A DNA stretch of 64,000 nt, taken from the NCBI RefSeq assembly GCF_021246445.1, contig NZ_JAJQXW010000001.1, positions 1,196,168-1,260,167 of the forward strand. The letters run 5' to 3'. The stretch comes from Rhabdothermincola salaria. Lineage in GTDB: Bacteria > Actinomycetota > Acidimicrobiia > Acidimicrobiales > Acidimicrobilacustridaceae. The notes under the pieces were generated by a model, which saw only the letters and a program-made list of their open reading frames with translations, did no database searches and was not told where the DNA came from. Positions 42,490 through 52,612 of the stretch are shown in pieces. Position 1 is the first letter of the stretch; the number at the start of each line of letters is the position of its first letter. A program made the position numbers and the translations under genes.

Positions 42490-44964
42490 ATGAGCGACTC
42501 GACGGTTTCCGTCGTCCTGGTGAACTACCGAGCGGCGGCGGACACCACCACTGCGGTCGAGGGGCTCCTGGAGCTCGACTGGCCGGCCGACCGTCTCGAG
42601 ATCGTCGTCGTGGACAACTCGCCCGGTGCGGCGGAGGCGGACACGCTCCGCGAGGCGTGCCCGAGCGCTCGCGTGGTCCCCGCAGAGCGCAACCTCGGCT
42701 TCGCCGGAGGCTGCAACCTCGGGGTGGCGAGCTCGTCGGGCGAGTTCGTGGCCTTCTTGAACAACGACGCCCGGCCGGACCCGCGATGGGTGACGGCGGC
42801 CGTCGACCGCCTGCGCAACGACACCAGCATCGGCATCATCGCGTCGAAGGTCCTCGACTGGGAGGGCCGCACCATCGACTTCGCGGCCGCCGCCATGGCC
42901 TTCGACGGGCAGGCCTACAAGCTCCACGTGGGCGCCGACGACGGACCGGAGTTCGACCGCCCTCACGACGTCCTCTTCGCCTCCGGTGCGGCGATGGTGA
43001 TGCCCCGCCACGTGTTCGATCGGCTCGGCGGGTTCGACGAGCGGTACTTCATGTTCTTCGAGGACGTCGACCTCGGTTGGCGGACCTGGTTGGCCGGCCT
43101 GCGGGTCGTCTACGAGCCGACCTCGCTCGTCTACCACCGTCACCACGCCTCGATGACGTCGATCGATCCGGCCTACGAGCAGTTCCTCCTGCAGCGCAAC
43201 GCTCTGTTCACCGTCTACAAGAACTACGACGACGCCAACCTGCGTCGGGTGCTGCCGGCCGCCCTCCTGCTCGCCGTGCGCCGGGCCACCACGCTCGGGG
43301 GCATCGACCGCCACGGCCTCGACATGGAGGTGTCGCCCCCCGTCGCCCTCGAGCCGGCCATCGGCACCCCCCCTGCCGCGCTGGCCCACCTGTCCGCCGT
43401 CGACGCCTTCACCGAGGCCCTCCCCGACCTGCGGCGCCAGCGGGCGGAGATCCAGGCGCAGCGCCTGCGACCGGATGCCGAGATCACCCGCCTGTTCCGC
43501 CTCCCCCTCCAGCCGAACCTCGCCGAGGCGTCGTTCCACGACGTCTTCCGGCCGGTGGCCGAGGCCTTCGGCGCCGATCAGGTCTTCGCCGAACGGCGCC
43601 GGATCCTCATCGCCACGGGCGACACGCTGCGCCCGGCGATGGCCGGGCCGGCCATCCGCGTCTGGCACATGGCCAAGACCCTGAGCCGGGAGCACGAGGT
43701 CCGGCTCGTCACCAAGGCCCGGTGCGAGATCAGCCACCCGGACTTCTCCGTCGAGCACTTCGACGACGCCAGCCTCCACGAGATGGTCGGGTGGGCCGAC
43801 GTCATCGTGTTCCAGGGGTTCCTCCTCGACGAGCACCCCTGGGTGGTGCACACCGACCGCATCATCGTCGCCGACCTCTACGACCCGTTCCACCTCGAGC
43901 AGCTCGAGCAGTTCCGGGACCTGCCCCTGGCCCAGCGCTCCGACGCGATCGGGCACACCGTCCGGGTGTTGAACGAGCAGATCCGGCGGGGCGACTTCTT
44001 CCTGTGCGCCAGCGAGAAGCAGCGGGACTTCTGGCTCGGGCAGCTCTCGGCCCTCCAGCGGGTGAACCCCTACGTCTACGAGGCCGACGAGAGCTTGCGT
44101 TCGCTGCTCGCGGTCGTCCCCTTCGGCGTCGAGGACGATCCGCCTCGGCGCACCGGCCCGGGCATCCGCGGCGTCGTGCCCGGCATCGGCAAGGACGACA
44201 AGGTCATCATCTGGGGCGGTGGCATCTACAACTGGTTCGATCCGCTCACGCTCATCGAGGCCGTCGATCGGATCCGTCACACGCTGCCCGAGGTCCGCCT
44301 GGTGTTCATGGGGACCAAGCACCCCAACCCGGACGTGCCCCAGATGCGGGTCGCCGTCGAGGCCCGCGCCCTGGCCGACGCCCTGGGCATCAACGGCACC
44401 CACGTCTTCTTCAACGAGGGCTGGGTGCCCTACGACGAACGTCAGAACCACCTCCTCGACGCGGACCTCGGTGTGAGCACCCACTTCGAGCACGTCGAGA
44501 CGGCCTTCAGCTTCCGCACCCGCATCCTCGACTACCTCTGGTGCGGGCTGCCCGTGGTGTCCACCCAAGGCGACACGCTCGCCGGGATCATCCACGAGCG
44601 AGGTCTCGGCATCACGGTCCCACCCGAGGACGTGGAGGCGCTCAGCGAGGCCCTGCTCACCACCCTGACCGACGTGGAGTTCCGAGACTCCTGCCGCACC
44701 GCGTCGCTGCAGCTGGCCTCCGAGATGCGCTGGAGCGACGTGCTCGAGCCCCTCGCCAGCTATTGCCGCAGCGCCGGGCGATCACCCGACGCCTGGTCGC
44801 AGCAGCCGGTGGAGAAGCAGCCTGCGCCCGTCGGGCTCGTCGAGCGGATCGTCCGCGCCGCGGTGGGGTCTCTGCGGGGGGCCAAGCGGGCCCGCCAGGA
44901 GGGCGGGCTCGAGCTCCTCGCCCGCCGGCTCGTCAACCGCGGTCGTGCGCTGACCAGACGCTGA
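42490..44964 (+). CDS. Bifunctional GT2-GT4 glycosyltransferase
   Basis: N-terminal VLVNY, VVVDN, NLGFAGGCN, LNNDA, FFEDVDLGWR; C-terminal MAGPAIR, WGGGIYNWFDP, FRTRILDYLW; alternative start at 42469. Confidence 0.88.
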   Translation: MSDSTVSVVLVNYRAAADTTTAVEGLLELDWPADRLEIVVVDNSPGAAEADTLREACPSARVVPAERNLGFAGGCNLGVASSSGEFVAFLNNDARPDPRWVTAAVDRLRNDTSIGIIASKVLDWEGRTIDFAAAAMAFDGQAYKLHVGADDGPEFDRPHDVLFASGAAMVMPRHVFDRLGGFDERYFMFFEDVDLGWRTWLAGLRVVYEPTSLVYHRHHASMTSIDPAYEQFLLQRNALFTVYKNYDDANLRRVLPAALLLAVRRATTLGGIDRHGLDMEVSPPVALEPAIGTPPAALAHLSAVDAFTEALPDLRRQRAEIQAQRLRPDAEITRLFRLPLQPNLAEASFHDVFRPVAEAFGADQVFAERRRILIATGDTLRPAMAGPAIRVWHMAKTLSREHEVRLVTKARCEISHPDFSVEHFDDASLHEMVGWADVIVFQGFLLDEHPWVVHTDRIIVADLYDPFHLEQLEQFRDLPLAQRSDAIGHTVRVLNEQIRRGDFFLCASEKQRDFWLGQLSALQRVNPYVYEADESLRSLLAVVPFGVEDDPPRRTGPGIRGVVPGIGKDDKVIIWGGGIYNWFDPLTLIEAVDRIRHTLPEVRLVFMGTKHPNPDVPQMRVAVEARALADALGINGTHVFFNEGWVPYDERQNHLLDADLGVSTHFEHVETAFSFRTRILDYLWCGLPVVSTQGDTLAGIIHERGLGITVPPEDVEALSEALLTTLTDVEFRDSCRTASLQLASEMRWSDVLEPLASYCRSAGRSPDAWSQQPVEKQPAPVGLVERIVRAAVGSLRGAKRARQEGGLELLARRLVNRGRALTRR

Positions 44965-44999
44965 GCGCCCGACCTGGTCGTCGCGAGACCGGGCCGGCG

Positions 45000-45362
45000 T
45001 CAGCCAGCTGAGCGCCGGAGCAGCCCGACGACCCGGCGCAGCCCGTCGGCGATCGGCTCGGGCAGGCGCGCCGCCTGGGCCCGCAACCACGTCAGCGTGC
45101 GCACCTCCACGATCTGGCGGGCCCGAACCCCGAGCTCGAGGAGTCCGAGGGGCTCCTCCGCCAGCCGTCGCTGCCGCTCGGCCTCGGCCTCGACCTCGAC
45201 CACTCTGGCCTCGGCGAGGCGCCGGCGCTCCACGCACTCGGCCAACCGCCCCGCGGTGGCCTCCAGCGCGCGGCGCTGATGCTCGAGCTCGGCGTCGCGC
45301 CGTTCGAGCAGGTCCAAGGCTTCGTTCAGCTGACGCCGAAGGTCGTTCTCGGGGTCACCCAT
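45000..45362 (-). CDS. Small coiled-coil protein
   Basis: E/R/L/A heptad-like segment plus an amphipathic C-terminus; abuts the stop of the upstream GT. Confidence 0.6.
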   Translation of the reverse strand: MGDPENDLRRQLNEALDLLERRDAELEHQRRALEATAGRLAECVERRRLAEARVVEVEAEAERQRRLAEEPLGLLELGVRARQIVEVRTLTWLRAQAARLPEPIADGLRRVVGLLRRSAG

Positions 45363-47711
45363 TCACCACACCTTCCCCAGAGTGGCCGCCACGAAGGCCG
45401 CCGATCGCGCCAACGAGTACCCGGCGAGGATGTCGCGCCGGGCGCGCTCACCCTTGGCTCGACCGTCGTCGGGGTTCTCGAACAGGTGGCGCATCCATGC
45501 GGCCGCCTCGTCGATGTCGGGCTCGGCCCATGTCGCCTCGGGCGGGTACGGCCACGAACCGTCGCCGACCGGCGTGGGGGTCCAGGAGACCAGATAGCCG
45601 TTGTCGGCGTGCATGTAGTCGAGGTTGGCCGAGTACCCGGTGGCGATCACCGGCTTGGCGTGGGCCATGGCGTCGGCCAGCGTCTGGCCGAACCCTTCGG
45701 AACGGTGCAGCGAGACGTAGGCATCGATCAACGCGTACAGGGCCCGCATCGCCGTCCCGGAGAGGTGATCGTCGATGACCACGATGTCGTCGCGGTCGCC
45801 GATGGCGAGGCGCAACCGCTCGACGTCGGTGGCCCGATGCTGGCCGTTGATGGACTTGAGGACCAGTGCCGCACCATCTGTCGGCGCGAACGCTCGCTTC
45901 CAGGCCTCGACCAACCCGACCGGGTTCTTGCGCTCCATGATCGACAGGTGGTCGAAGAAGAAGCCGAAGAGGTAGCCCTCCGGGAGGCCCAGATCGGCCC
46001 GGGTGAGGTGGGTGGGCCCGCCGGGCAGCACCGGGTGAGGGAAGACCTCGACCGGGGTCTCCGTCCAGGCGGCGAAGAGCTCCTGGTTGTAGCGGCTCGC
46101 CACCCAGATCTCGTCCACGACATCGAACGCCGGGACCATGAACTCCGGCAGCCGGTCCACCTCCCAGAACCACAGGCCGATGTTGCGGCGGTCCTCCAGT
46201 ATCGGTCGATGCGCCGCGCTGGCGGCGAGCAGGGCGACCTCGTTCGGGTTCACCGAGAGGAGGTTGACGTCGTAGGGGCCGACGTCGACCTCGAGGGCAC
46301 GCCGCCCGGGGGGGAGACCGGGGTCGGGGAGGTCGAGGCGGTGGACCGGGAACCCAGCGGCCTCCACGGCGGTGCCCAGGGCGCGGGCGGCCTGCCCGAC
46401 GCCGCGGTCGAGTCCGAGGAACCCGACGACGTTGCATCCCGGTACGGGCTGCGGTCGGGGGTCGGGCTCCACCCCTGCCGCGATGAGCCCGTGCTCGGCT
46501 CCCTCCGGGGGTGCCCACTCCTGCAGCCACGCGTGGAAGCGAGCGGCATCGGCACCGTCGGGGTGCGGGAAGGTGATGCGCAGGTCGATCCGCTCGTCGA
46601 GCAGGCTCTGCCCCCATCGGCTCCGGGGATGCTCGATGGTGCCGCCCACGGGTTCGGCGAGCCACCTGCGATAGGCGTCGGGATCGCGGTCGTCGAACGG
46701 GTCCGGCGGAGGTGCTGTCCCTGCCGCCTCGGCGGCGAGGAGCTCTCGGCGGTAGGTGCTCCTCTGACGCTGGTCGATGTCGAGGCCGCAGGCCGCCGTG
46801 GCCAACGGCCAAGGGGCAGGGGGTGAGGGAAGGGACCGTTGCGCGGCCGTCAGGGCGTCGAGCCGGCCGGCCAGGAGCGCCCGCAGGGGCGGAGCGTCCG
46901 ACAGCCGCACCCGGGGACGGTCGCCCTGGTGCGCCGACAGCAACCACGGTCGCTGCGGATCGAAACCGCCGAAGTCGACGACGTGCAACGGCTCCCCGTC
47001 GACCGTCCAGCCGGTCTCGACGGACCCGTCCAACCGGCGCTCGTGGAGGTTGACGTAGCTCACCCCGACTCCAGGATCGGTGACCAACCGGGCCCCGAAC
47101 ACCACGAGGGCCTCGAGCCAGCGTCGGTCGAGCAGGAGTCCGCCCGGCGGGTCGAGCAGGCAGTCCCGTCGGGCACGGGCCTCCCACCACGCGAGCAGCT
47201 CGTCGGCGGCGCTGGTGACGGCCACGCAGCCGGGGTCGACCAACCCTTCGGTGAGCAGCGAGGCGTCGTCGATGCGCCGTCCGTCGTCCGGGAGCGGAGC
47301 TCGGACCCGGGGGACCAGGGCCAGCCCCTCGCCGGCCGCGGCGTCGAGGAGGGGTGAGAGGTCACCGTGGAGCTCGGAGTCGGCGTCGAGCCACACGGCC
47401 GTGTCGAAGCCGCGCTGCAACGCCAGGCGGAGCAGGGCGGGCTTGAGCGAGGTCAGGAGCTCGTCGGTGCCGGAGAAGGCCGCTCGGCGGTGCACCTCGG
47501 TGAGGCTCACCCCGACGGCAGCGAGATCGCTCCACGCCAACAGCTCGGCCCCGGGGACCGACGCGCCGCTCGCGGTGGGGGCCAGGCACGACATGGAGCT
47601 GTCGGGCATGTGACGAGACACCGACTCGGCCAACACCACGAGCGAGGGCAGGCTGGCCGGCCCCGCGGCCGACACGACCGCGACCGATCGGCCGGTCGCG
47701 CCGACGCTCAC
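45363..47711 (-). CDS. Two-domain glycosyltransferase (GT-A/GT8-like N-terminus + GT4 C-terminus)
   Basis: LKP, WLDAD, NLHER in the N-terminus; WFWEV, DEIWVAS, ERKNP, SLHRSEGFGQTLADAM in the C-terminus; start GTG 47711. Confidence 0.85.
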   Translation of the reverse strand: MSVGATGRSVAVVSAAGPASLPSLVVLAESVSRHMPDSSMSCLAPTASGASVPGAELLAWSDLAAVGVSLTEVHRRAAFSGTDELLTSLKPALLRLALQRGFDTAVWLDADSELHGDLSPLLDAAAGEGLALVPRVRAPLPDDGRRIDDASLLTEGLVDPGCVAVTSAADELLAWWEARARRDCLLDPPGGLLLDRRWLEALVVFGARLVTDPGVGVSYVNLHERRLDGSVETGWTVDGEPLHVVDFGGFDPQRPWLLSAHQGDRPRVRLSDAPPLRALLAGRLDALTAAQRSLPSPPAPWPLATAACGLDIDQRQRSTYRRELLAAEAAGTAPPPDPFDDRDPDAYRRWLAEPVGGTIEHPRSRWGQSLLDERIDLRITFPHPDGADAARFHAWLQEWAPPEGAEHGLIAAGVEPDPRPQPVPGCNVVGFLGLDRGVGQAARALGTAVEAAGFPVHRLDLPDPGLPPGRRALEVDVGPYDVNLLSVNPNEVALLAASAAHRPILEDRRNIGLWFWEVDRLPEFMVPAFDVVDEIWVASRYNQELFAAWTETPVEVFPHPVLPGGPTHLTRADLGLPEGYLFGFFFDHLSIMERKNPVGLVEAWKRAFAPTDGAALVLKSINGQHRATDVERLRLAIGDRDDIVVIDDHLSGTAMRALYALIDAYVSLHRSEGFGQTLADAMAHAKPVIATGYSANLDYMHADNGYLVSWTPTPVGDGSWPYPPEATWAEPDIDEAAAWMRHLFENPDDGRAKGERARRDILAGYSLARSAAFVAATLGKVW

Positions 47712-48922
47712 GACCCTGCGGCCCCGCGAGGCGTGTCCCAGGTACCGCCGAGATCCAACAGGCCGGGGACGAGCCGCTTCCCCGGGCGCACCCACAGGGT
47801 GGCGGCGTTGTCGATGCGGTCGACCACCTCGACGCCGCGCGGGTCGTGGGCGGCCACGTTGAGCACGAAGCTCCCCGGCGCCAGGGGGAGGCGATCGATC
47901 CGGTAATCGACGATGCCCTCGCCCCGGAAGGGGCCGACCCCTTCGACCCGACCCTGCATCCCGGCGGTGGACAGGTGCTGCCCACCCTCGGAGTCGACGG
48001 CGAAGGAGAAGATCGGCCATTCGACGGTCTCACGGGCCCGCCAGTGGATGCGCACGGTGAGCGGTTCGCCGGTGAGCCCGAACTTGGTCGCTTCGCCGCT
48101 GCCGGTGAGGAACTCGACGCCTTCCACCGTGAGGGGTGTGGTTCGCTCCTCGGTGCGCTGCTTGGGGGCCTCGGCCGGGTGCGCCTCCTCCTCGTTGCGG
48201 TTGACCAGCTCGAGGTACTCGCCCACCACGTCGAGCGCCGCTCCCGTGGCCTTCACCTGGCCGTGGTCCATCCAGGTGGCGTGGTCGCACATGGTCTGCA
48301 CCAACGGCAGGCTGTGGGTGACCAGGACGATGGTCACCCCGCGGTTGCGCAGGGACGCCAGGTGCTCGAAGCACCGCCGCTGGAACTCCTCGTCCCCCAC
48401 GGCGATGACCTCGTCGATGAGGAGGATCTGAGGGTCGACGTGGACGGCGACGGAGAAGCCCAGGCGCACGAACATGCCGCTGGAGTAGTGCTTGACCGGC
48501 GAGTCGATGAACGCCTCGAGACCGGAGAAGGCGACGATGTCGTCGAAGAGCCGATCGGTCTCCTTGCGCTTGAGGCCCAGGATCGACGCGTTCAGGTAGA
48601 CGTTCTCCCGCCCGGTGAGCTCGGGGTGGAACCCGGCGCCGAGCTCGAGCAGCGCCGAGATGCGCCCTTCGGTGCGCACCGTGCCCTTGGTGGGCTTGTA
48701 GATGCCGGCCATCAGCCGCAGGAGGGTCGATTTACCGCACCCGTTGTGGCCGATCAGGCCGTAGACCGTGCCCTCCTCCACCTCGAGGCTCACGTCGCGG
48801 AGCGACCAGAAGTCCTCGTAGCGCTTGCTGGCGAACTTGGTGAAGATCTCCTTCACGCTGCCGGGACGGTCCTTGTAGAGCTTGAACCGCTTGGAGACGT
48901 CGTCGACCTCGATCACACCCAC
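47708..48922 (-). CDS. wzt: Polysaccharide ABC exporter ATPase with C-terminal carbohydrate-binding domain
   Basis: GHNGCGKST, GFHPELTGREN, YSSGMFVRLGFS, IDEVIAVGDEEF, plus a ~150-aa Wzt_C-like extension. Confidence 0.93.
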   Translation of the reverse strand: MGVIEVDDVSKRFKLYKDRPGSVKEIFTKFASKRYEDFWSLRDVSLEVEEGTVYGLIGHNGCGKSTLLRLMAGIYKPTKGTVRTEGRISALLELGAGFHPELTGRENVYLNASILGLKRKETDRLFDDIVAFSGLEAFIDSPVKHYSSGMFVRLGFSVAVHVDPQILLIDEVIAVGDEEFQRRCFEHLASLRNRGVTIVLVTHSLPLVQTMCDHATWMDHGQVKATGAALDVVGEYLELVNRNEEEAHPAEAPKQRTEERTTPLTVEGVEFLTGSGEATKFGLTGEPLTVRIHWRARETVEWPIFSFAVDSEGGQHLSTAGMQGRVEGVGPFRGEGIVDYRIDRLPLAPGSFVLNVAAHDPRGVEVVDRIDNAATLWVRPGKRLVPGLLDLGGTWDTPRGAAGS

Positions 48923-48924
48923 GC

Positions 48925-49728
48925 CTACAGCTCCTCGGTGATGTTGCGTGACTTGCGCACGAAGATCGACCATCCCACGACGAACGTGACAACGGAGGTC
49001 AGGATCACCCCGAGGAACGACGAGAGGCTCGGCCACTGCAGCAGGTAGAAGGCGTCGCGGGACCACTCCACGAACTGGCTGATGGGGTTCAACGAGATGA
49101 TCCGCCGCATGGGCAGGCCCCACAGCTGCTCGGGGACGATGCTCAGCGGGTAGATGATGGGGGTGGCGTAGAAGAGGAGGTTCATCAAGATCCCCACCAG
49201 GTAGCCCACGTCGCGGTAGTAGATGTTGTAGACGCTGAGGGCCAACCCGATCCCGATGGCGAACATGGTGACGAACACCAGCAGCAGCGGGAAGAGCAGG
49301 AAGGTGATGCTCACGTTCCCGATGATCACCATGACCAGGGCCAGGATGGCGCCCTCGATGATCGCCTGCAGCACCACCGTGATGGTGTTGGCGATGGCCG
49401 GGCAGGCGGGCGGGAAGTACACCTTGTTGAGCAGACCCCCGGCCTGCAGGGCCGCGATGGCCCCCATCACGGTGCCGTTGAAGAGGTTCCAGACGTAGAG
49501 CCCGGCGAAGAGGTACAGGGCGAAGACGTCGGTGCCGTTGCCCATCGGCGGGGGGGTCTGGCGCAGGAAGACGCCGAACACGACGCTGTAGATGAGCAGC
49601 ATCGACGCCGGGTTGATGAGCGACCAGAGCCAGCCGAGCAGGCTCTTCTTGTACCGAGCTCGGAGCTCGCGTTGTGCGAGGTTGTAGATCAGGCTTCGGT
49701 AGGCCCAGATCTCGGTGACAGCGGTCAA
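48925..49728 (-). CDS. wzm: Polysaccharide ABC exporter permease
   Basis: RELRARYKKSLLGWLWSLINP, KVYFP, YRDV, FYATPIIYP, LNP; TTG start. Confidence 0.93.
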   Translation of the reverse strand: MTAVTEIWAYRSLIYNLAQRELRARYKKSLLGWLWSLINPASMLLIYSVVFGVFLRQTPPPMGNGTDVFALYLFAGLYVWNLFNGTVMGAIAALQAGGLLNKVYFPPACPAIANTITVVLQAIIEGAILALVMVIIGNVSITFLLFPLLLVFVTMFAIGIGLALSVYNIYYRDVGYLVGILMNLLFYATPIIYPLSIVPEQLWGLPMRRIISLNPISQFVEWSRDAFYLLQWPSLSSFLGVILTSVVTFVVGWSIFVRKSRNITEEL

Positions 49729-49877
49729 CTTGGGGGGTCTCCTCGGGGCGGGCCGCGCCGGGCGGAAGCCCCCGATCCAGCCGGGTGTGAGCCCCCCGAG
49801 GGTAGCAGCGGCCGCTCAGCGCTCTCGCGGCCTCGCATGACCTTCAGGCCGCGGCACCCGATGCCGATGTCTCTCTC

Positions 49878-52556
49878 ATGAACGCGCACTCGCGTGCCAG
49901 CCGGGCGCTGGTGGTTTCCGTCTTGGCCACAGCTCTGATCGCCGGCCTGCCGGAGATCGCCGCTTCCGCCGGCACCGCGAGCGCTACCCCGTCCACCACG
50001 ACGTACGTGGAGGCACCCGACTGGGCCGGGGAGAACCTCGCCGACTCGTTCGACTTCGACAATCCCGAGGACCTGCCACCGGCGTCGACCAGCGGCCTCA
50101 CGAATCCGGTCGTGGCTGACGGCCGAATGAGCTTCGGAGCCACCAGCGGCGGGTTCTTCCAGCCGGTGAGGACGCTCGGCAGCATCCTGCGGGGGCGTGA
50201 CAGCGAACAGTTCCCGATCACTGCGACGCGCTACAACCGGATCTCGATCCGGATGTACTCCGGTGCCAGCACGCCGCAGGCGGGGGGCGTCACGTGGTTC
50301 ACCTGTTGGGGCCAGGTCCCGGGCTGCGCCGCCGCCAAGGCCTTCACGGTGTTCCCGGGTTGGAACACCTACGAGATCGATCCCACCCAGGGGCCCTACC
50401 TCTTCGACAGCATCGGGGGCTGGTCCGGTGCCATCACCGGGCTTCGAGTGACCCCGAGCGGCTCGACACCGAGCAGCTTCCCGGTCCACATCGATTGGCT
50501 GCGCATCCACGAGGCCACCGCACCGGTGACGGTCTCGGTCGAAGGCGGCGCCGGCAGCGAGGTGTGGTGGGACTCCGATGCGGATCCCACGAACAACGAC
50601 CCGTCGCGGCTGGAAGGCTCGAGCGCGGGGCGTCTGGGCACCGGCCTGCCTTCGGGGGGCTCGGTGTCGTTCAACGCCGCCGCCTACCCACCGGGCGAGT
50701 ATCGCTTCTACACCAAGGAAGGTGGGCAGGTCGGCGCCTACAGCGATCCACTGGTCATCGCGCCTCGACCCCAACCGGAGATGCTCACCCCCTCCGTGCT
50801 CGGGGGCGACGACTACGCCACGACCCTCAGGGGCGACGCCTGGGACTTCTCACAACCAACCGACGCCGTCGGCATCAACAACTTCCGACCCACGTTCGGT
50901 GGTGGCCTGCTGACCGGGTCCGGCAGCGGTCTGGCCGCCGCTGGCGATCCCTACTTCTACCTGCCGACGGCGGGGCCGATCGACGCCACCACGTGGCATC
51001 GACTCAGCTTCCGGATCTCCTACGACGGACCGATGGGACTCGACGACGCTCCTGGTGGGGGGATGGTGATGCGCCTCATCTGGGGTGTGGACAACGGGTC
51101 GGGCGGCATCAGCTGGCATGACGGCCGCGACGTCGTGGTCACCCCGGGATGGCAGACGGTGAGCTTCGACCTCAAGACCGATCCGCCCTCGCTGATCGAA
51201 GACGAGACGTCGGCCGACCCTGTGGGCTGGGGAGGGCCGAGCAGTCGCCGGATCCGATACATCCGCTTCGATCCCCATGAGGACCCGGGGGGCCGGACCT
51301 GGCGGATCGACCATGTCCGCCTCGCCCGCAACGAACGGGCCGACCCCAACTTCACCTTCACCTTCCGGGACAACGCCTGGCAGTCGGGCACCACGGCCGA
51401 GGTCTGGATCGACGACGATCGCGCCGGATTCGACGGCACCAAGCTCGCCTCGGGACTGTCGATGAACCCGGGAACCAACAGCTTCCAGTGGAACGCGAAG
51501 GGCACACCGTCGGGGACCTATTGGCCCTACCTGGTGTTTCGTTCACCGGACGGGACGGTCAGCCGCGCCTATGCGACCGGCTCGCTCGACGTCGACGTGC
51601 CGAGCGGGATCCCCTTCGGCTCGCTGGACATGGTGAGCGCTCCCCCAGGGACGGTTCGCGTCGCCGGCTGGGCGATCGACCCCGACACCGCCGTCGATGA
51701 GCCGATCGACGTGCACGTGTACGCCAACGGACGGTTCCTGGGAGCCGGCACGGCCTCGCTCCCCCGTCCCGACGTAGGCCGTGCGATCCCCGGCTGGGGC
51801 TCTCTGCACGGCTTCGACATGACGTTCCCGGCTTCCGCCGGAGCCCAGACCGTTTGTGCGTATGCCATCAACGTCGGCAGCGGGGGCAATCCGCTCCTCG
51901 GATGCCGGACCGTGACGGTCCGCTCGGGGAGCCCGTTCGGAACAGTCGACGCGGCACGGCCTTCGGGGCCGGGGAAGATCGGCGTCGCCGGCTGGGCGAT
52001 CGATCCTGACACCGCGGCCTCGATCGGCGTCCACGTCTACGTGAACGGCAACTTCAGCGGTTCCACGATCGCCAGCAACCGGCGCGACGACGTGGCCGCG
52101 GCCTTTGCGGGCTACGGGCCGAACCACGGGTACTCCCTACAGGTTCCGTCCCGAAGTGCGAACAACGTCGTCTGCGCCTACGGGATCAACACCGGCCGAG
52201 GAGGCAACGCGCTACTGGGTTGTCGCAACGTCCGGATGCCGGTCGACCCGTTCGGATCCCTGGACCTGGTCCGGCGCACGGACGCTCGGTCCGTCACGTT
52301 GGCAGGGTGGGCGATCGACCCCGACGCCACGGGACCCAACGAGGTGCATGTCTACGTGGACGGAGTCGGCGCGGCCGCGCTGACGGCCGACCGGCTCCGC
52401 TCCGACGTCGGCCAGGTGTATCCGGCGTTCGGTCCTCGCCACGGGTTCGCCGCCACCCTCGGGGTGACCCCTGGCCCGCACGTGCTCTGCGCCTACGCCG
52501 TCAACAGCCCCGGGACGGCCGGCGGGAACGCCTTGTTGGGCTGCCGGAGGATCTGA
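49878..52556 (+). CDS. Secreted multidomain surface protein (2 CBM/Ig-like modules + 3 C-terminal ~105-aa repeats)
   Basis: Signal-peptide-like N-terminus; duplicated D(W/Y)A..D.(F/W)DF modules; three PFG.LD..AGWAIDPD..VHVY..R.DV..HG(F/Y)..C.Y..N..LGCR repeats. Confidence 0.85.
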   Translation: MNAHSRASRALVVSVLATALIAGLPEIAASAGTASATPSTTTYVEAPDWAGENLADSFDFDNPEDLPPASTSGLTNPVVADGRMSFGATSGGFFQPVRTLGSILRGRDSEQFPITATRYNRISIRMYSGASTPQAGGVTWFTCWGQVPGCAAAKAFTVFPGWNTYEIDPTQGPYLFDSIGGWSGAITGLRVTPSGSTPSSFPVHIDWLRIHEATAPVTVSVEGGAGSEVWWDSDADPTNNDPSRLEGSSAGRLGTGLPSGGSVSFNAAAYPPGEYRFYTKEGGQVGAYSDPLVIAPRPQPEMLTPSVLGGDDYATTLRGDAWDFSQPTDAVGINNFRPTFGGGLLTGSGSGLAAAGDPYFYLPTAGPIDATTWHRLSFRISYDGPMGLDDAPGGGMVMRLIWGVDNGSGGISWHDGRDVVVTPGWQTVSFDLKTDPPSLIEDETSADPVGWGGPSSRRIRYIRFDPHEDPGGRTWRIDHVRLARNERADPNFTFTFRDNAWQSGTTAEVWIDDDRAGFDGTKLASGLSMNPGTNSFQWNAKGTPSGTYWPYLVFRSPDGTVSRAYATGSLDVDVPSGIPFGSLDMVSAPPGTVRVAGWAIDPDTAVDEPIDVHVYANGRFLGAGTASLPRPDVGRAIPGWGSLHGFDMTFPASAGAQTVCAYAINVGSGGNPLLGCRTVTVRSGSPFGTVDAARPSGPGKIGVAGWAIDPDTAASIGVHVYVNGNFSGSTIASNRRDDVAAAFAGYGPNHGYSLQVPSRSANNVVCAYGINTGRGGNALLGCRNVRMPVDPFGSLDLVRRTDARSVTLAGWAIDPDATGPNEVHVYVDGVGAAALTADRLRSDVGQVYPAFGPRHGFAATLGVTPGPHVLCAYAVNSPGTAGGNALLGCRRI
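51612..52553 (+). repeat. Three tandem protein repeats starting at 51612, 51933 and 52248
   Basis: Shared GWAIDPD core and two Cys per unit. Confidence 0.9.
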
Positions 52557-52612
52557 CCCGGGATGTCGCCTCGGCGCGGCGAATCGGACAGCGGTGCGTC
52601 TCGGAGCCGAGC

